A stretch of 64,000 bases of DNA from Bellilinea sp. (GCA_039666315.1 JAVSME010000011.1:19971-83970); one strand, 5' to 3'. Positions 9,271 to 18,993 are shown, counted from the stretch's first letter. Notes: generated by a model not told the origin, from the letters alone. Made by a program: numbers and translations.

Positions 9271-10503
9271 CTAATCCGCGGCAGCAGCCAGGTGGACGGC
9301 AGCGACCGCCTTCAATTGTTCCGCTTTGTTGGTGCGCTCCCAGGGCAAATCAAGATCATCCCGTCCAAAGTGCCCGTAGGCTGCCAGTTTACGGTAGATT
9401 GGTTTACGCAGACCCAGATCGCGCAGGATGGCGCCCGGGCGCAGGTCGAATTGATCGTTAATTAACTGGGCAATGTCATCGTCTGGAATTGAGCCAGTGC
9501 CAAAAGTTTCCACATTAATGCTCAACGGGCGGGCAACCCCAATGGCATACGCCACCTGGATTTCAACTCGTTCCGCAAGCCCAGCCGCGACAATGTTTTT
9601 CGCCACCCAGCGGGCAGCATAGGCTGCGGAGCGGTCAACCTTCGTTGGATCCTTGCCGGAGAAAGCGCCGCCGCCATGCCGCCCCATCCCGCCGTAGGTA
9701 TCCACAATGATTTTACGCCCGGTTAAGCCCGAATCGCCCATCGGACCGCCGATAACGAACCGCCCGGTCGGGTTGACGTAAATTTTGATTTGATCGTCAA
9801 TCATCTCAGCCGGGATAACCGGTAAAATAACGTGTTTCTTGACCGCCGTGAAAATTTCCTGCTGCGAAATTTCCGGCGCATGTTGGGTACTGACCAGCAC
9901 AGTATCCACCCGGTGCGGACGCCCGTAGCGGTACTCCACCGTAACTTGTGATTTTCCGTCCGGGCGCAGCCAGGGCAGGCTGCCGTTTTTGCGCACTTCC
10001 GCCAGACGGCGGGTGAGTTTGTGCGCCAGGTAAATCGGCATCGGCATCAATGCGGGGGTTTCGTTGCAGGCATAACCGAACATCATCCCCTGATCGCCCG
10101 CGCCAACCGCTTCGATCTCCGCTTCGGTCATCGCGCCGGTTTTGGCTTCCAATGCTTTATCCACGCCCATGGCAATATCGCCGGATTGTTTGGAAATTGC
10201 CACTTGCACCGCGCAAGTATTGCCATCAAACCCTTTGTCGCTGTGGTCGTAGCCAATTTCGTTGACCACCTGGCGAACCAGTTCGTCAAAATTGATCTGC
10301 GCGCGGGTGGTAATTTCCCCCAGCAGGATGACGAAACCGGTCTTTGTGGCTGCCTCGCAGGCAACCCGCGAATAGGGATCCTGCGCCAGGCAGGCATCCA
10401 GAACCGCATCGCTGACCTGATCGCACACTTTATCCGGGTGACCTTCCGTAACCGACTCGGATGTAAACAAATAGCGAGGCGAATTCATAAAAGTAGTGTT
10501 CAT
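9271..10503 (-). CDS. metK: S-adenosylmethionine synthetase
   Basis: [19 protein letters not shown] and [16 protein letters not shown] signatures. Confidence 0.99.
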   Translation of the reverse strand: MNTTFMNSPRYLFTSESVTEGHPDKVCDQVSDAVLDACLAQDPYSRVACEAATKTGFVILLGEITTRAQINFDELVRQVVNEIGYDHSDKGFDGNTCAVQVAISKQSGDIAMGVDKALEAKTGAMTEAEIEAVGAGDQGMMFGYACNETPALMPMPIYLAHKLTRRLAEVRKNGSLPWLRPDGKSQVTVEYRYGRPHRVDTVLVSTQHAPEISQQEIFTAVKKHVILPVIPAEMIDDQIKIYVNPTGRFVIGGPMGDSGLTGRKIIVDTYGGMGRHGGGAFSGKDPTKVDRSAAYAARWVAKNIVAAGLAERVEIQVAYAIGVARPLSINVETFGTGSIPDDDIAQLINDQFDLRPGAILRDLGLRKPIYRKLAAYGHFGRDDLDLPWERTNKAEQLKAVAAVHLAAAAD

Positions 10504-10522
10504 GGTAAGGAAATCCTCCTAT

Positions 10523-10562
10523 AAAATAAAGTTGCCCCTTCTGGTCTCTGGGGGGCAACTTT
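10523..10562 (-). terminator. Intrinsic terminator of the SAM riboswitch expression platform
   Basis: Minus strand AAAGTTGCCCC-loop-GGGGCAACTTT followed by ATTTT. The aptamer 3' strand GGGCAA can pair with TTGCCC as an antiterminator. Confidence 0.85.
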
Positions 10563-10582
10563 GTACATCCAAGGGTATTGCC

Positions 10583-10699
10583 CTCTCATCTTCCAGAATT
10601 ACTGCCGGACTTGGCACCTTGGATACCCAGAGTTAAACTGTGGGTTTCCAGGTTGTCGAGGCTTCTCAGGGCCGGTCCCTCCGCCTCTCTGGATAAGAG
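10583..10699 (-). ncRNA. SAM-I (S-box) riboswitch in the metK leader
   Basis: Minus strand CTCTTATCCAGAGAGGCGGAGGGACCGGCCCTGAGAAGCC..CAACC...GGTGCCAAGTCCGGCAG...CTGGAAGATGAGAG follows the SAM-I consensus. It sits upstream of metK. Confidence 0.95.
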
Positions 10700-10798
10700 C
10701 GCCTGTTGGGGCTATTGGATTGTTCTGGCGGAATATTAACACAGGTTACGATCAATGTCAACCTTCCCTGCAGAAAAATCGTGGTAGGATTGGGCGGT

Positions 10799-11545
10799 AT
10801 GCAAAGCGAGGCGTATCATAAAGCGGCGGAGCGCGGAGTGCCCTCTCAGGTCTGGCGCGCCGGGCAGGAACGCCGCCTTGACATGATCCGAAGCGCTGCC
10901 GGCGAGCGCATGTACGGGCGGGTGCTGGTGGATGGCTGCGGCGTTGGCATGTATTTACACCGCCTTGCGCAAACTGCGCAGCAGGCCGTTGGATTGGATG
11001 TTGAGTACGAACGCAGCCGCGATGCGCATCAGCGGGTAAACCTGGTCATGTGCGCAGCGGGAGAATACCTGCCCCTGCCGGACAATAGTTTTGACCTGAT
11101 TCTCAGCCACGAGGTGTTGGAACACGTCCGCGACGACCGGCTGGCAGTGGCGGAGATTGTGCGCGCGCTCAAGCCGGGCGGCAGGCTGGCGTTGTTTTGC
11201 CCCAACCGCGCCTATCCCTTTGAAACTCACGGGATATACTGGCGGGGCAGATATCATTTTGGCAATATCCCGTTGGTCAATTATCTGCCGCGCGCCTGGC
11301 GCGACCGTCTGGCGCCGCACGTGCGCGCCTACAGCCGCACAGACCTGGAACAGCTCTTTGCCGGGCTGCCGGTTGCTTTCATCCAGCGCACGATCATCTT
11401 TGGAGCGTATGACAACCTGATTGCCCGCTTTGGCGGCGCCGGGCGGATGCTGCGCGCCGCGCTGCAGGCACTGGAAAACACCCCCCTGCGCTTCCTTGGT
11501 CTATCCCACTTTTGGGTGGTCGAAAAAATAGCCGTCGAGGATTAA
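10799..11545 (+). CDS. Class I SAM-dependent methyltransferase
   Basis: VLVDGCGVG motif I, SFDLILSHEVLEHV, RALKPGG. Confidence 0.9.
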   Translation: MQSEAYHKAAERGVPSQVWRAGQERRLDMIRSAAGERMYGRVLVDGCGVGMYLHRLAQTAQQAVGLDVEYERSRDAHQRVNLVMCAAGEYLPLPDNSFDLILSHEVLEHVRDDRLAVAEIVRALKPGGRLALFCPNRAYPFETHGIYWRGRYHFGNIPLVNYLPRAWRDRLAPHVRAYSRTDLEQLFAGLPVAFIQRTIIFGAYDNLIARFGGAGRMLRAALQALENTPLRFLGLSHFWVVEKIAVED

Positions 11546-12426
11546 TCCAGGCGAAAATCGTAGATGCCATCCTGCAAGGGATATTCCCGCCCGCACGCCG
11601 GGCAGGTCAGCAGGGGAGGAGTATCCTCAATTGGCGCGGCGCATGCCGGACAGGCAAAAAAACTCCCGGCTTCGGCTACTGCTGGCTGGGCAACCACCCG
11701 GCAGCGGGTAAACACGCTGGGACTGAGCTGCCACCAATCGCCGGTCAACTGTGCCAGGCTGTCCATCCCAACCAAAATTTGGGTGGGGATGCAGCGCTTC
11801 AGCCAGCCGAAACGGAAATGCGAAACCGTCAACATGCGTTGAATGGCAAACCCGCTGTTTTGCAGCCAGGCACGCACCGTCGCGGGGTGGAAGTCGAAAT
11901 TCAATGGGACAAACTCCACCGGCTCGGGGGAAAATGGGTTCCAGGTCTGGCGGCGCAGCCAATAACGCAAGATGGCTTTGAGATTGCGTTTGTTGGCAAA
12001 TTCGAGAATAAAGACAGCGTCCTTTTGCAGCACGCGGTGAACGCTCTCCAGCGCGCGGTGGGCTTCTGTCATGTGGTGCAGGGTGCGGATCATCGTCGCG
12101 CCGTCGAACAGCGCAGGGACAAACGGCAAGTGATACACATCGGCTGCGATGAAGCGATAGCGTGGGCTATCTCCCAGCCGCGAGCGGGCTTGCTCCAACT
12201 GGCTGCGCGAATAGTCCAGCAGAACGATCTGCTTATAGCCCTGGTAACGAGGCGTGTTGCGCCCGGCGCCGGCGCCGACTTCGAGCAGCCGATTGCCATG
12301 GGTTGGTAGCAGGCGCTGCAGGGCAATCGATTCTGCGCCATCTTCGTAGGCGCGGCCGCCCTGTTCCCAGAAGCGCTGCTGGTAATCTGAGCCTTCGTAA
12401 TTGCAAACGGGAGGTTTTGAGTTCAT
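11542..12426 (-). CDS. Class I SAM-dependent methyltransferase with C-terminal Trm112-like zinc ribbon
   Basis: LLEVGAGAGR motif I and C-terminal ACPAC...LTCPACGREYPLQDGIYDF. Start at ATG 12426, since the longer ORF runs through the SRP RNA. Confidence 0.85.
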   Translation of the reverse strand: MNSKPPVCNYEGSDYQQRFWEQGGRAYEDGAESIALQRLLPTHGNRLLEVGAGAGRNTPRYQGYKQIVLLDYSRSQLEQARSRLGDSPRYRFIAADVYHLPFVPALFDGATMIRTLHHMTEAHRALESVHRVLQKDAVFILEFANKRNLKAILRYWLRRQTWNPFSPEPVEFVPLNFDFHPATVRAWLQNSGFAIQRMLTVSHFRFGWLKRCIPTQILVGMDSLAQLTGDWWQLSPSVFTRCRVVAQPAVAEAGSFFACPACAAPIEDTPPLLTCPACGREYPLQDGIYDFRLD

Positions 12427-12437
12427 GGCAAATAAAA

Positions 12438-12546
12438 TGCGCCGGGCAGGTTTTCCGGCGGCGCCCAGAGTAGCCACCTTACTGCTGCTTCCTCTCGGAC
12501 CTGACAGGGTTCGGCGGATTCTGCCGCGCCGGTCCCACCCGGACGC
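12438..12546 (-). ncRNA. ffs: Signal recognition particle RNA (small 4.5S type)
   Basis: Minus strand contains GAACCCTGTCAGGTCCGAGAGGAAGCAGCAGTAAG (helix 8 with GNRA loop) inside a long hairpin whose ends pair (GCG.CCGGGTGGG / CCTGCCCGGCGC). Confidence 0.93.
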
Positions 12547-12552
12547 GGGCAT

Positions 12553-12581
12553 ATCATACCCCAGGAGCGCCGGGCTGTCAA
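12553..12581 (-). promoter_or_regulatory. Sigma-70 promoter of SRP RNA
   Basis: Minus strand TTGACA (12581-12576), 17 bp spacer, TATGAT (12558-12553). Confidence 0.8.
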
Positions 12582-14833
12582 TCAGATCGCAGCCAGTGAC
12601 CATCCGGCGGGCACAGGCGGGCAAACTCCGCCGGCAGGTAGAGGGTAAACCGCGCGTGACTGGCAGGCGTATCCTGAATCGGGCAGGGCTGCTTCTCCAG
12701 GCTGAGCAGTTGTTGGTTTAGACCAGCCTTGAATTCTTCGTTCATCCAGGGCTGGATGATGACCAATGTATCGCTGCGGGCAGCCAGTTGGCGGGCTTGG
12801 GCGGGGATTTTGCCGCTTTCGACGACGTAGCGCGCCAGGCTCAGCCGGCCGGGCGGAATGCGGTATGCCTGCGCCAGGGTTTGCAAGCCCTCGATGTCCC
12901 AATTCGATTCGGTCAGGAACAACAGCGTTTTGAAGCGTGCCGGGAACAATTGCTCGTCCCGTTGAGCCAGGCGAATAAAAAGCACTTCCAGGCTGGGATT
13001 GCCTGCGCTAACGCGGCGATAGAGACCGTAAGCCATGTAGAGGTTGGCAGCCAGTATGGAGGTCAGAATAAACAACAACGCTCCATTGCGCACCCGCTGT
13101 GACTGGTGGACTGGGTTGATCTGAGCCAGCAGCCATCCCAGCCCGATTGCGGTAAGCGCGGCATACCAGGGCAGCAGCATGAACATGCGCGTGGTTGAGG
13201 GGGCAAAACGGTCATGGGTTGCGCCGGCGAGAAAGAGTAATGCGGCATACGAAATCAGCAAAAACGCGCCAAACCGCTCGCGGCGCGCGGTCAGCAGCAG
13301 GTAGCACAAACCGGGCGGCAATAGCAGCGCGCTGATAGGGTCAATGTGCGAGGCAACGACGAAATGCGATTGGTCCACTGCATATAGATAAGTGAAAAAA
13401 GCATACACTATGTTTTTGGAGAATTGCCCCAGCAATGGGCGCTGGCTGGCGTAGGAATTTTCATTGAGAAATGTGCCCGCCAGTTTGCTCTGCCAATACT
13501 CCGGCTGGAACAACAGCGGCATCAGCAGAATGCCGAGCGCGAGCAGCAGCGCCAGACAATGCTGGAGGTCAGTTTTATTCCGCGGCGGGTTGCACATAAC
13601 CAGCAGCAGCCCAGCTGCCGGGATGCCGTATAACGCCGCCGGATAGACATAAAAGCATAACCCAATGGCTGCGCCGGTCAGCGCGTAATTAAAGGCGTTG
13701 GGGGCACGAACGGACCGGGCAGCCGCAGCCATCATTAAGCCAAAGGCGAACAAGGCTTGCAAGTTGTTGTAACCGATTTTGCTAAAATTGAAGAGGTAAT
13801 GGGAAAACGCCAGCAAAATGGCTGCCCACAGGGCGATCCGCGCTGACAGGAAAGCGCGAAAGAAGATAAAGAAAAAGTATACCGAAACCCCGGTCAGGTA
13901 AATGTTGCTGATCCGCCAACCAAAATGGTCCAGACCAAATACGCTCAACGAAAACATCTGAATCAATGTGGATAGGAAGGGGTGACTGCCATACACCGCC
14001 GCCCCCTTGAAGAGATAAGCAAAGCAACCCCACAACCCTTCATCACCCAAACGCTGCAAAGCGTAGGAGTAAAAAGAGTACTCATCGCCGATCACGGCGT
14101 ATTCCCAGCCCCACAGGCGGTATCCCATCAGCACCATTGCGGCGCAGGTCACCCAGTAAATTGGCGCAGGTTTCACCCAGCGGATGAGGAGAATAAAAAC
14201 AGCCACCAGCAATAACCCGCTCGGGAGCAATCCTGCGCGATTGATCGTCAGACTGTGCAGAAAGTAGAGCAAGGCGGCATGCCCCAAGCCAAGCTGCGCC
14301 AGGCGCAAAATGCGGCTGCCAAGCGGCTTAAGTTGAAGTGGCGCATCTGCTTCGCGAAGATGAAATGCCAGTAAAACCAGACACAGCGCTAGCAGCACCT
14401 CAACGGCAGGCAAGCGCTGCTCGCTTACCGCCAGCAGCATGGATATGCCCAGTAGCGTGGCTGCGGTTATAAACAACCAGAACATCAACCGGCGGCGGAG
14501 TTCAGTGGGTTGAGCTGCCGGAGCGCCGCTGGCTGCCCAGCCGGCAAAAACGCCGCCGAGCAGCGGGCTGGACACCAGGAACAGCACAATCCACTCGATG
14601 ACAAGCGGGATGATTAAGGCGAAATAGGATGGCAGGAATGCGGGGCAGTATAGATCGTTGCGGCACCAGAACATTGCCAGCACGTCGCGCATACCAGGGT
14701 TGGAAAACCAGCGTTCATACATTACCAACCCGACGGGCAGACCGAGCAGCACAACGCCAAAACCCCAAACGAGCAGTGTTGGGTGATTACTCCGTTTTTG
14801 CGCGATCTGGATTTCATCGGATGAATTGTCCAA
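12578..14833 (-). CDS. Multi-TM GT-C fold glycosyltransferase (PMT/ArnT, GT39/GT83-like)
   Basis: Many TM helices, 'GDE' motif followed by HP, 'FG.....WR' and 'FSKIGYNN' patterns typical of PMT_2-like proteins. Confidence 0.7.
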   Translation of the reverse strand: MDNSSDEIQIAQKRSNHPTLLVWGFGVVLLGLPVGLVMYERWFSNPGMRDVLAMFWCRNDLYCPAFLPSYFALIIPLVIEWIVLFLVSSPLLGGVFAGWAASGAPAAQPTELRRRLMFWLFITAATLLGISMLLAVSEQRLPAVEVLLALCLVLLAFHLREADAPLQLKPLGSRILRLAQLGLGHAALLYFLHSLTINRAGLLPSGLLLVAVFILLIRWVKPAPIYWVTCAAMVLMGYRLWGWEYAVIGDEYSFYSYALQRLGDEGLWGCFAYLFKGAAVYGSHPFLSTLIQMFSLSVFGLDHFGWRISNIYLTGVSVYFFFIFFRAFLSARIALWAAILLAFSHYLFNFSKIGYNNLQALFAFGLMMAAAARSVRAPNAFNYALTGAAIGLCFYVYPAALYGIPAAGLLLVMCNPPRNKTDLQHCLALLLALGILLMPLLFQPEYWQSKLAGTFLNENSYASQRPLLGQFSKNIVYAFFTYLYAVDQSHFVVASHIDPISALLLPPGLCYLLLTARRERFGAFLLISYAALLFLAGATHDRFAPSTTRMFMLLPWYAALTAIGLGWLLAQINPVHQSQRVRNGALLFILTSILAANLYMAYGLYRRVSAGNPSLEVLFIRLAQRDEQLFPARFKTLLFLTESNWDIEGLQTLAQAYRIPPGRLSLARYVVESGKIPAQARQLAARSDTLVIIQPWMNEEFKAGLNQQLLSLEKQPCPIQDTPASHARFTLYLPAEFARLCPPDGHWLRSD

Positions 14834-14957
14834 TTCAACCCCCGGCAGACGACATTGTAACCGACTGGCTCGCCGCGCCCGGCGTGCTCAACGGCTGGCT
14901 TAATTGTACAGGAATCGCTTCCACGATGCTTGCAGAAACGGCGGCAGCGGTGGATAT

Positions 14958-15686
14958 TCAGGTGGATTGCAGCGAATAGGCGATCGAAAGGAGGAGAAAA
15001 ATGATGGAAAGTAAAAATAACACCCCCGCCGGAATCCACAATCCTGACAATGCGAGTGCGTTGCCAATAGCGAGGATCACGATCCAGGCGGACATCAAAG
15101 AGGAGATGCTGCTCCGGTTGGATTGCAGCCTTTGGCTGGCGCGCCGCAACAACTGCCATCCGCCCAATGTGCCAGCCAGACTGAGTCCAAGCATAAGCCA
15201 GGTGACCTGGCTGCCGCTCACCATAGGCAGGTCGAGCACGATGATGCCGCAGGTCGCCGTGCGCGAAGGCAGCGGAAAACTGCGGAAGAGGTGCAGCCGC
15301 ACCAGAATCAGCCTGCCCCAGGCAGCGTCCTCGGGGCTAACGATCCATTCCATCTGCCGGATCTCGCGCGGCTGCAATTCCAACAGGTGGTTCTCCTGGC
15401 GCATGTAGGTAACAAAACCGTAACTGATGTGGGTACGAATACCCTGGCGAATGACCCGATCGGTTGGGTTGTGCAGCCGGATGGAAACAACGCCGTATTC
15501 CGACGGGGTGATGAACTGCGGACAGCGCAAATCGTTGATCACCGCGTCCGCGGCAATTGCCGGGTCAAACAACGAGGCTTCCAGGTCTGCCCAAACGTTG
15601 GCAGCCCACAGCGCCATGCCTGCCAGCAGTCCGAAGATGAAGAGAAGGATGGCGGCGATCGAAAGATTTTTTGTGGGATTTTCCAT
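14958..15686 (-). CDS. Hypothetical membrane protein
   Basis: N-terminal TM, extracytoplasmic beta-rich domain with two Cys, three C-terminal TM helices. Confidence 0.7.
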   Translation of the reverse strand: MENPTKNLSIAAILLFIFGLLAGMALWAANVWADLEASLFDPAIAADAVINDLRCPQFITPSEYGVVSIRLHNPTDRVIRQGIRTHISYGFVTYMRQENHLLELQPREIRQMEWIVSPEDAAWGRLILVRLHLFRSFPLPSRTATCGIIVLDLPMVSGSQVTWLMLGLSLAGTLGGWQLLRRASQRLQSNRSSISSLMSAWIVILAIGNALALSGLWIPAGVLFLLSIIFLLLSIAYSLQST

Positions 15687-15743
15687 ACAGGTCTTAGTTT
15701 ACCATGTCCCACCGCGCGCGAAGCAACAACCCGGTACAGCGGC

Positions 15744-16265
15744 TCAGCGACCGGCGGGCAGCCAGTGGTGATAAATCCATCTCCCAGCCAGCACCACCAG
15801 GGCAGCCGCAGCGGAAAACAGGCAAAACATTTGCACCTCTGCGGAAGAAACCCAGCCCACCAATGGATTGGTGTTGCTGAACGGGACGCCTCCGGTCAGG
15901 GCAAATAAGCGGACATCGCTGTGCACCAGACTGTCGAGTAGCACATGGCTCACCGTTCCGCTCAAAGCGCCCACCCAGATAGCCTGGGGTTGGAATTCGG
16001 GATCATCAACCAGGCGCGTCAGATTCATCCGCCGCATAACCGCTCGGGCAAACAGAAACGACGCACCGGTCAGTATCCCGACCAATAGCGCGCCAACCAG
16101 CGTGTGCAGGGAGCGGTGCAGCGGGTACTGGTGGGTTACCATGTAGTAAAGCGGTTCAAGGTCAATGACAACGTTGCCAGCCACAAATGCCAGAAAGCCG
16201 AACCGGTGCGGTGAAATGGCTTTGGCAGCCAGCGCCGGACCAAAATGATAGGGCGTGAAAGGCAT
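15744..16265 (-). CDS. Membrane-bound metal-dependent hydrolase (YdjM/DUF4184-like)
   Basis: MPFTPYH, IDLE, HRSLHT and SHVLLDSLVH motifs. Confidence 0.7.
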   Translation of the reverse strand: MPFTPYHFGPALAAKAISPHRFGFLAFVAGNVVIDLEPLYYMVTHQYPLHRSLHTLVGALLVGILTGASFLFARAVMRRMNLTRLVDDPEFQPQAIWVGALSGTVSHVLLDSLVHSDVRLFALTGGVPFSNTNPLVGWVSSAEVQMFCLFSAAAALVVLAGRWIYHHWLPAGR

Positions 16266-16273
16266 GGCAGCGC

Positions 16274-17356
16274 TTATCCAACCACCTGCACCCGCGTGCC
16301 GCCGGGCATCGAAATGGTTTTCTCGCCCAGATCGTAGGGGATGTGCGGCTCCGACCAGCGGAAGATCCATTTGGCGTCATCCGGCGCAGCGTTGATGCAG
16401 CCGCGCGAGCGCGGGGTGCCGAAATCATTGTGCCAGAAGGTCGAGTGAATGGCTTCCCCGTTACCGGAGAAGAGAATCGTCCAGGCGATGCCGGGCAGAT
16501 CCCAGCCGCTGCCGCTCACCCCGCCGGACATGTGATGCGAGATCAACTTGCGCCAGGTAGGCATGCTGCCAAGCGGCGTGGACCATTTGTCGGTGGGATT
16601 GCCGTCCTTGTCGAATTTAGCGCCGGATGAGATGCGGCAGGTGTACACTTCGCGGTTGCCTTCATAGCAGGAAAGCACCTGGTAATTCAGATCAACAACG
16701 ATCTTCTTATCTTCCGCATCGGGATTGATCGGGTCTAATTCCTCGCGGGCGAGCGGGCGGAAACCGGCTGCCGCCGCCCAAAGGATATCGCCATAGCCGT
16801 ATTTCTGGGTCACGCGGTAAAACGCCTCGCCGCGGCTGTCGGTGCGGATGTCGTCAATCCAGAAGATCTGGCTGTAATACAGGCGCGGGAACTGGGCTTC
16901 GCGCAGCCAGGGCGCGCGCGCGGGCGGGTTATGCAGGGTCACATCCAGGTAAGGGACGCTGACTTCCGCCCACATGCCCTTGCCCAGCGGACCTTCGGGC
17001 AACTGGCTCAGCGGCTGGTTGGGTTGGTAGCGCACCGGCTGCAGGCGCGGCGCATAGACGTAGCCCTCCGGCGTCTCGACCCAGCGCCGGCTGAGCGCCA
17101 GACCGGGTGGTTGACCGATCACTTCGCGCAGCCAGACGACGATGTGGTCATCGTAAATGGTTTTGAGCTGCTGACTCTCGGCAGACGGCTTGGACCAGAT
17201 ACCTAACGTTCCAGCGGTAACCCGTCCGAGCCGTTCGGCGTCCGGCCATTCAGTTGCCAGTTGTTGCCAACGCTGCAAAGGACGCAATGCCAGCGTTCCA
17301 ACAGCGGCGAGACCTAGTTTCAAAAATTCGCGTCGTGAAAAATTTTTCTCTGTCAT
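16274..17356 (-). CDS. Tat-exported L,D-transpeptidase (YkuD family)
   Basis: SRREFLK twin-arginine signal and IHSTFWHNDFGTPRSRGCIN catalytic His/Cys motif. Confidence 0.9.
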   Translation of the reverse strand: MTEKNFSRREFLKLGLAAVGTLALRPLQRWQQLATEWPDAERLGRVTAGTLGIWSKPSAESQQLKTIYDDHIVVWLREVIGQPPGLALSRRWVETPEGYVYAPRLQPVRYQPNQPLSQLPEGPLGKGMWAEVSVPYLDVTLHNPPARAPWLREAQFPRLYYSQIFWIDDIRTDSRGEAFYRVTQKYGYGDILWAAAAGFRPLAREELDPINPDAEDKKIVVDLNYQVLSCYEGNREVYTCRISSGAKFDKDGNPTDKWSTPLGSMPTWRKLISHHMSGGVSGSGWDLPGIAWTILFSGNGEAIHSTFWHNDFGTPRSRGCINAAPDDAKWIFRWSEPHIPYDLGEKTISMPGGTRVQVVG

Positions 17357-17365
17357 AGGTTGAAC

Positions 17366-17863
17366 TCAACGGATAAAGAAAAACCAGATTCCGCCCAGCG
17401 CGGCTGCGCCAAGCAGCGCCCATAACCAAATGGGAGGGCGTTCCTCTTGCATCACGGAGGGCGATTCGTTGTATACGGAGGGCGCACGCGAAGCAGTCTG
17501 CTGCGGCTTGAAGTCGGACCAGAATTCATCCTCATCCTCGTCCTCGTCGTCTTCTCCTTCAATCTCGATGCGGATTACTTCCAGGAAGGTTTCGGCTTCC
17601 GCGCCGAACAAGGATTCGACCTGTTGGCGGGCAGCAATGCGGATGGGTTCATCTTCGTCATACAACGCCGTTTCAGCCAGGGCGCGCAACGCGTTCATCT
17701 CGCGGAATTGTCCCAAAGCGCGGACTGCCTTGAGGCGCAGGTTGAGGTCAGGTTCGTAATCGAGGACGAACAGCAGTCCTTCCAGGGTGCGGCGCGCTTC
17801 CGCGGAGGGCGGGTTTTCGTCCGCCTCAAAACCGGTTTGGTTGGTAGAACGGGGATCATGCAT
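17366..17863 (-). CDS. HEAT-repeat protein with acidic linker and C-terminal TM anchor
   Basis: LRLKAVRALG / D.DEPIRIAA HEAT-like pair, EDDEDEDEDE tract, terminal hydrophobic helix. Confidence 0.65.
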   Translation of the reverse strand: MHDPRSTNQTGFEADENPPSAEARRTLEGLLFVLDYEPDLNLRLKAVRALGQFREMNALRALAETALYDEDEPIRIAARQQVESLFGAEAETFLEVIRIEIEGEDDEDEDEDEFWSDFKPQQTASRAPSVYNESPSVMQEERPPIWLWALLGAAALGGIWFFFIR

Positions 17864-17937
17864 GGCTAAATTTTATCAGTTTTATCCCGCTTTGGGGATA
17901 CAATACGCAATTCATGCCGTTGCACAACCCGGTGCAT

Positions 17938-18183
17938 TCAGAATAAGCGGGTCAGCCGTTCGCCCAGCGCTGCCAGAACGCCCAGTCCGGCAGGATACAA
18001 CATAAACAGGAACAGCAAGTCAACCAGGCGCGCCTGGCGCAGGCTGGAAAGCAGTCCGTTTTGGTTAACGCTGGTCAGGAAGGTGTACCAGGTGGACAAA
18101 CCCAACGCGGCAGCAAGCGCGTTGATTGCGATGGCGCCGGTCAATATGACCCATCCGACGAGAAGTATTTTTACTAAGATCAT
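17938..18183 (-). CDS. Small hypothetical membrane protein
   Basis: MILVKILLVGW... with two or three TM helices. The longer ORF start runs into the tRNA repeats and was not used. Confidence 0.6.
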   Translation of the reverse strand: MILVKILLVGWVILTGAIAINALAAALGLSTWYTFLTSVNQNGLLSSLRQARLVDLLFLFMLYPAGLGVLAALGERLTRLF

Positions 18184-18309
18184 TCCACGATTATAAAGGA
18201 AACAGGATGAAAACGGTCTTTGTTCTTGCCATGCACGGCGCGCCGCCCAAGCATTTTCCGCCGCGCGAACTGGGCGAATAGTAGTAGTAATAAAATTGGC
18301 GGTGGTTTC

Positions 18310-18476
18310 AGGTGGGCGCGGAGGGGCTCGAATTGCATCCCCTTGCGGGGACACCCGAACCTGTAAAAAAACACCCCTATTTGGGGTGATCGAGGTGGGC
18401 GCGGAGGGGCTCGAATTGCATCCCCTTGCGGGGACACCCGAACCTGTAAAAAAACACCCCTATTTGGGGTGATCGA

Positions 18477-18498
<22 letters not shown>
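18310..18498 (-). repeat. tRNA-linked tandem repeat: two identical 83-bp units plus a 23-bp third copy formed by the tRNA 3' end
   Basis: Unit AGGTGGGCGCGGAGGGGCTCGAATTGCATCCCCTTGCGGGGACACCCGAACCTGTAAAAAAACACCCCTATTTGGGGTGATCG at 18310 and 18393. The first 23 bp recur at 18476. Confidence 0.95.
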
Positions 18499-18553
<55 letters not shown>

Positions 18554-18565
18554 TGAATGATCCAA

Positions 18566-18594
18566 ATTATAGCAGGTTTCCACCCGGCTGACAA
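18566..18594 (-). promoter_or_regulatory. Sigma-70 promoter of tRNA-Val
   Basis: Minus strand TTGTCA, 17 bp spacer, TATAAT, ending 12 bp before the tRNA. Confidence 0.75.
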
Positions 18595-18612
18595 GAAAAT
18601 TTGGGCGCAGGC

Positions 18613-18864
18613 TTAGCCAAACCGGCCGGTTACATAATCTTCGGTTTCTTTGATGCGCGGAGAGACAAACAACTGTTTGCCCGCACCGTATTCAATGAGC
18701 CTGCCCTGTAAAAAGAAAGCGGCGTAATCCGAAACACGGGCAGCCTGTTGAACATTGTGCGGCACCAATACAATGGTGTACCGCTCGCGCAGCTGAGTCA
18801 GCGATTGCTCAATCTTGGCGGTCGAGACCGGATCGAGCGCGGAGGTTGGCTCATCAAGCAAAAG
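18613..18864 (-). pseudogene. pstB: 3' remnant of phosphate ABC transporter ATPase PstB
   Basis: [12 protein letters not shown]...[22 protein letters not shown]...[16 protein letters not shown] is the PstB C-terminus. Walker A and the LSGGQ signature are absent upstream in frame. Confidence 0.85.
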
Positions 18865-18993
18865 GAAAGAGGGCAGGGGTTGTTGGAATATGCCTTGATC
18901 ATGGTGTTGGTTGCGCTGGCGGTTATTGTGGCTCTGGCGCTGCTGGGCCCGGCAATTGGCAACCTGTACAGCAATATCATGCCGATGATTTAG
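18853..18993 (+). pseudogene. Flp/Fap pilin gene lacking a canonical start codon
   Basis: KERG|[35 protein letters not shown] carries the Flp G/xxxxEY motif and hydrophobic helix. The upstream sequence is pstB antisense. Confidence 0.75.

Noticed and set aside
11542-11545. Four-base stop overlaps of convergent genes (also 51131-51134, 60799-60802) as antisense control
   Set aside because: Common in compact genomes, and sequence alone gives no evidence of regulation.
18748-18852. Long N-terminal leader for the Flp pilin (81-aa ORF)
   Set aside because: This stretch is the antisense of the pstB remnant, and Flp leaders are short.
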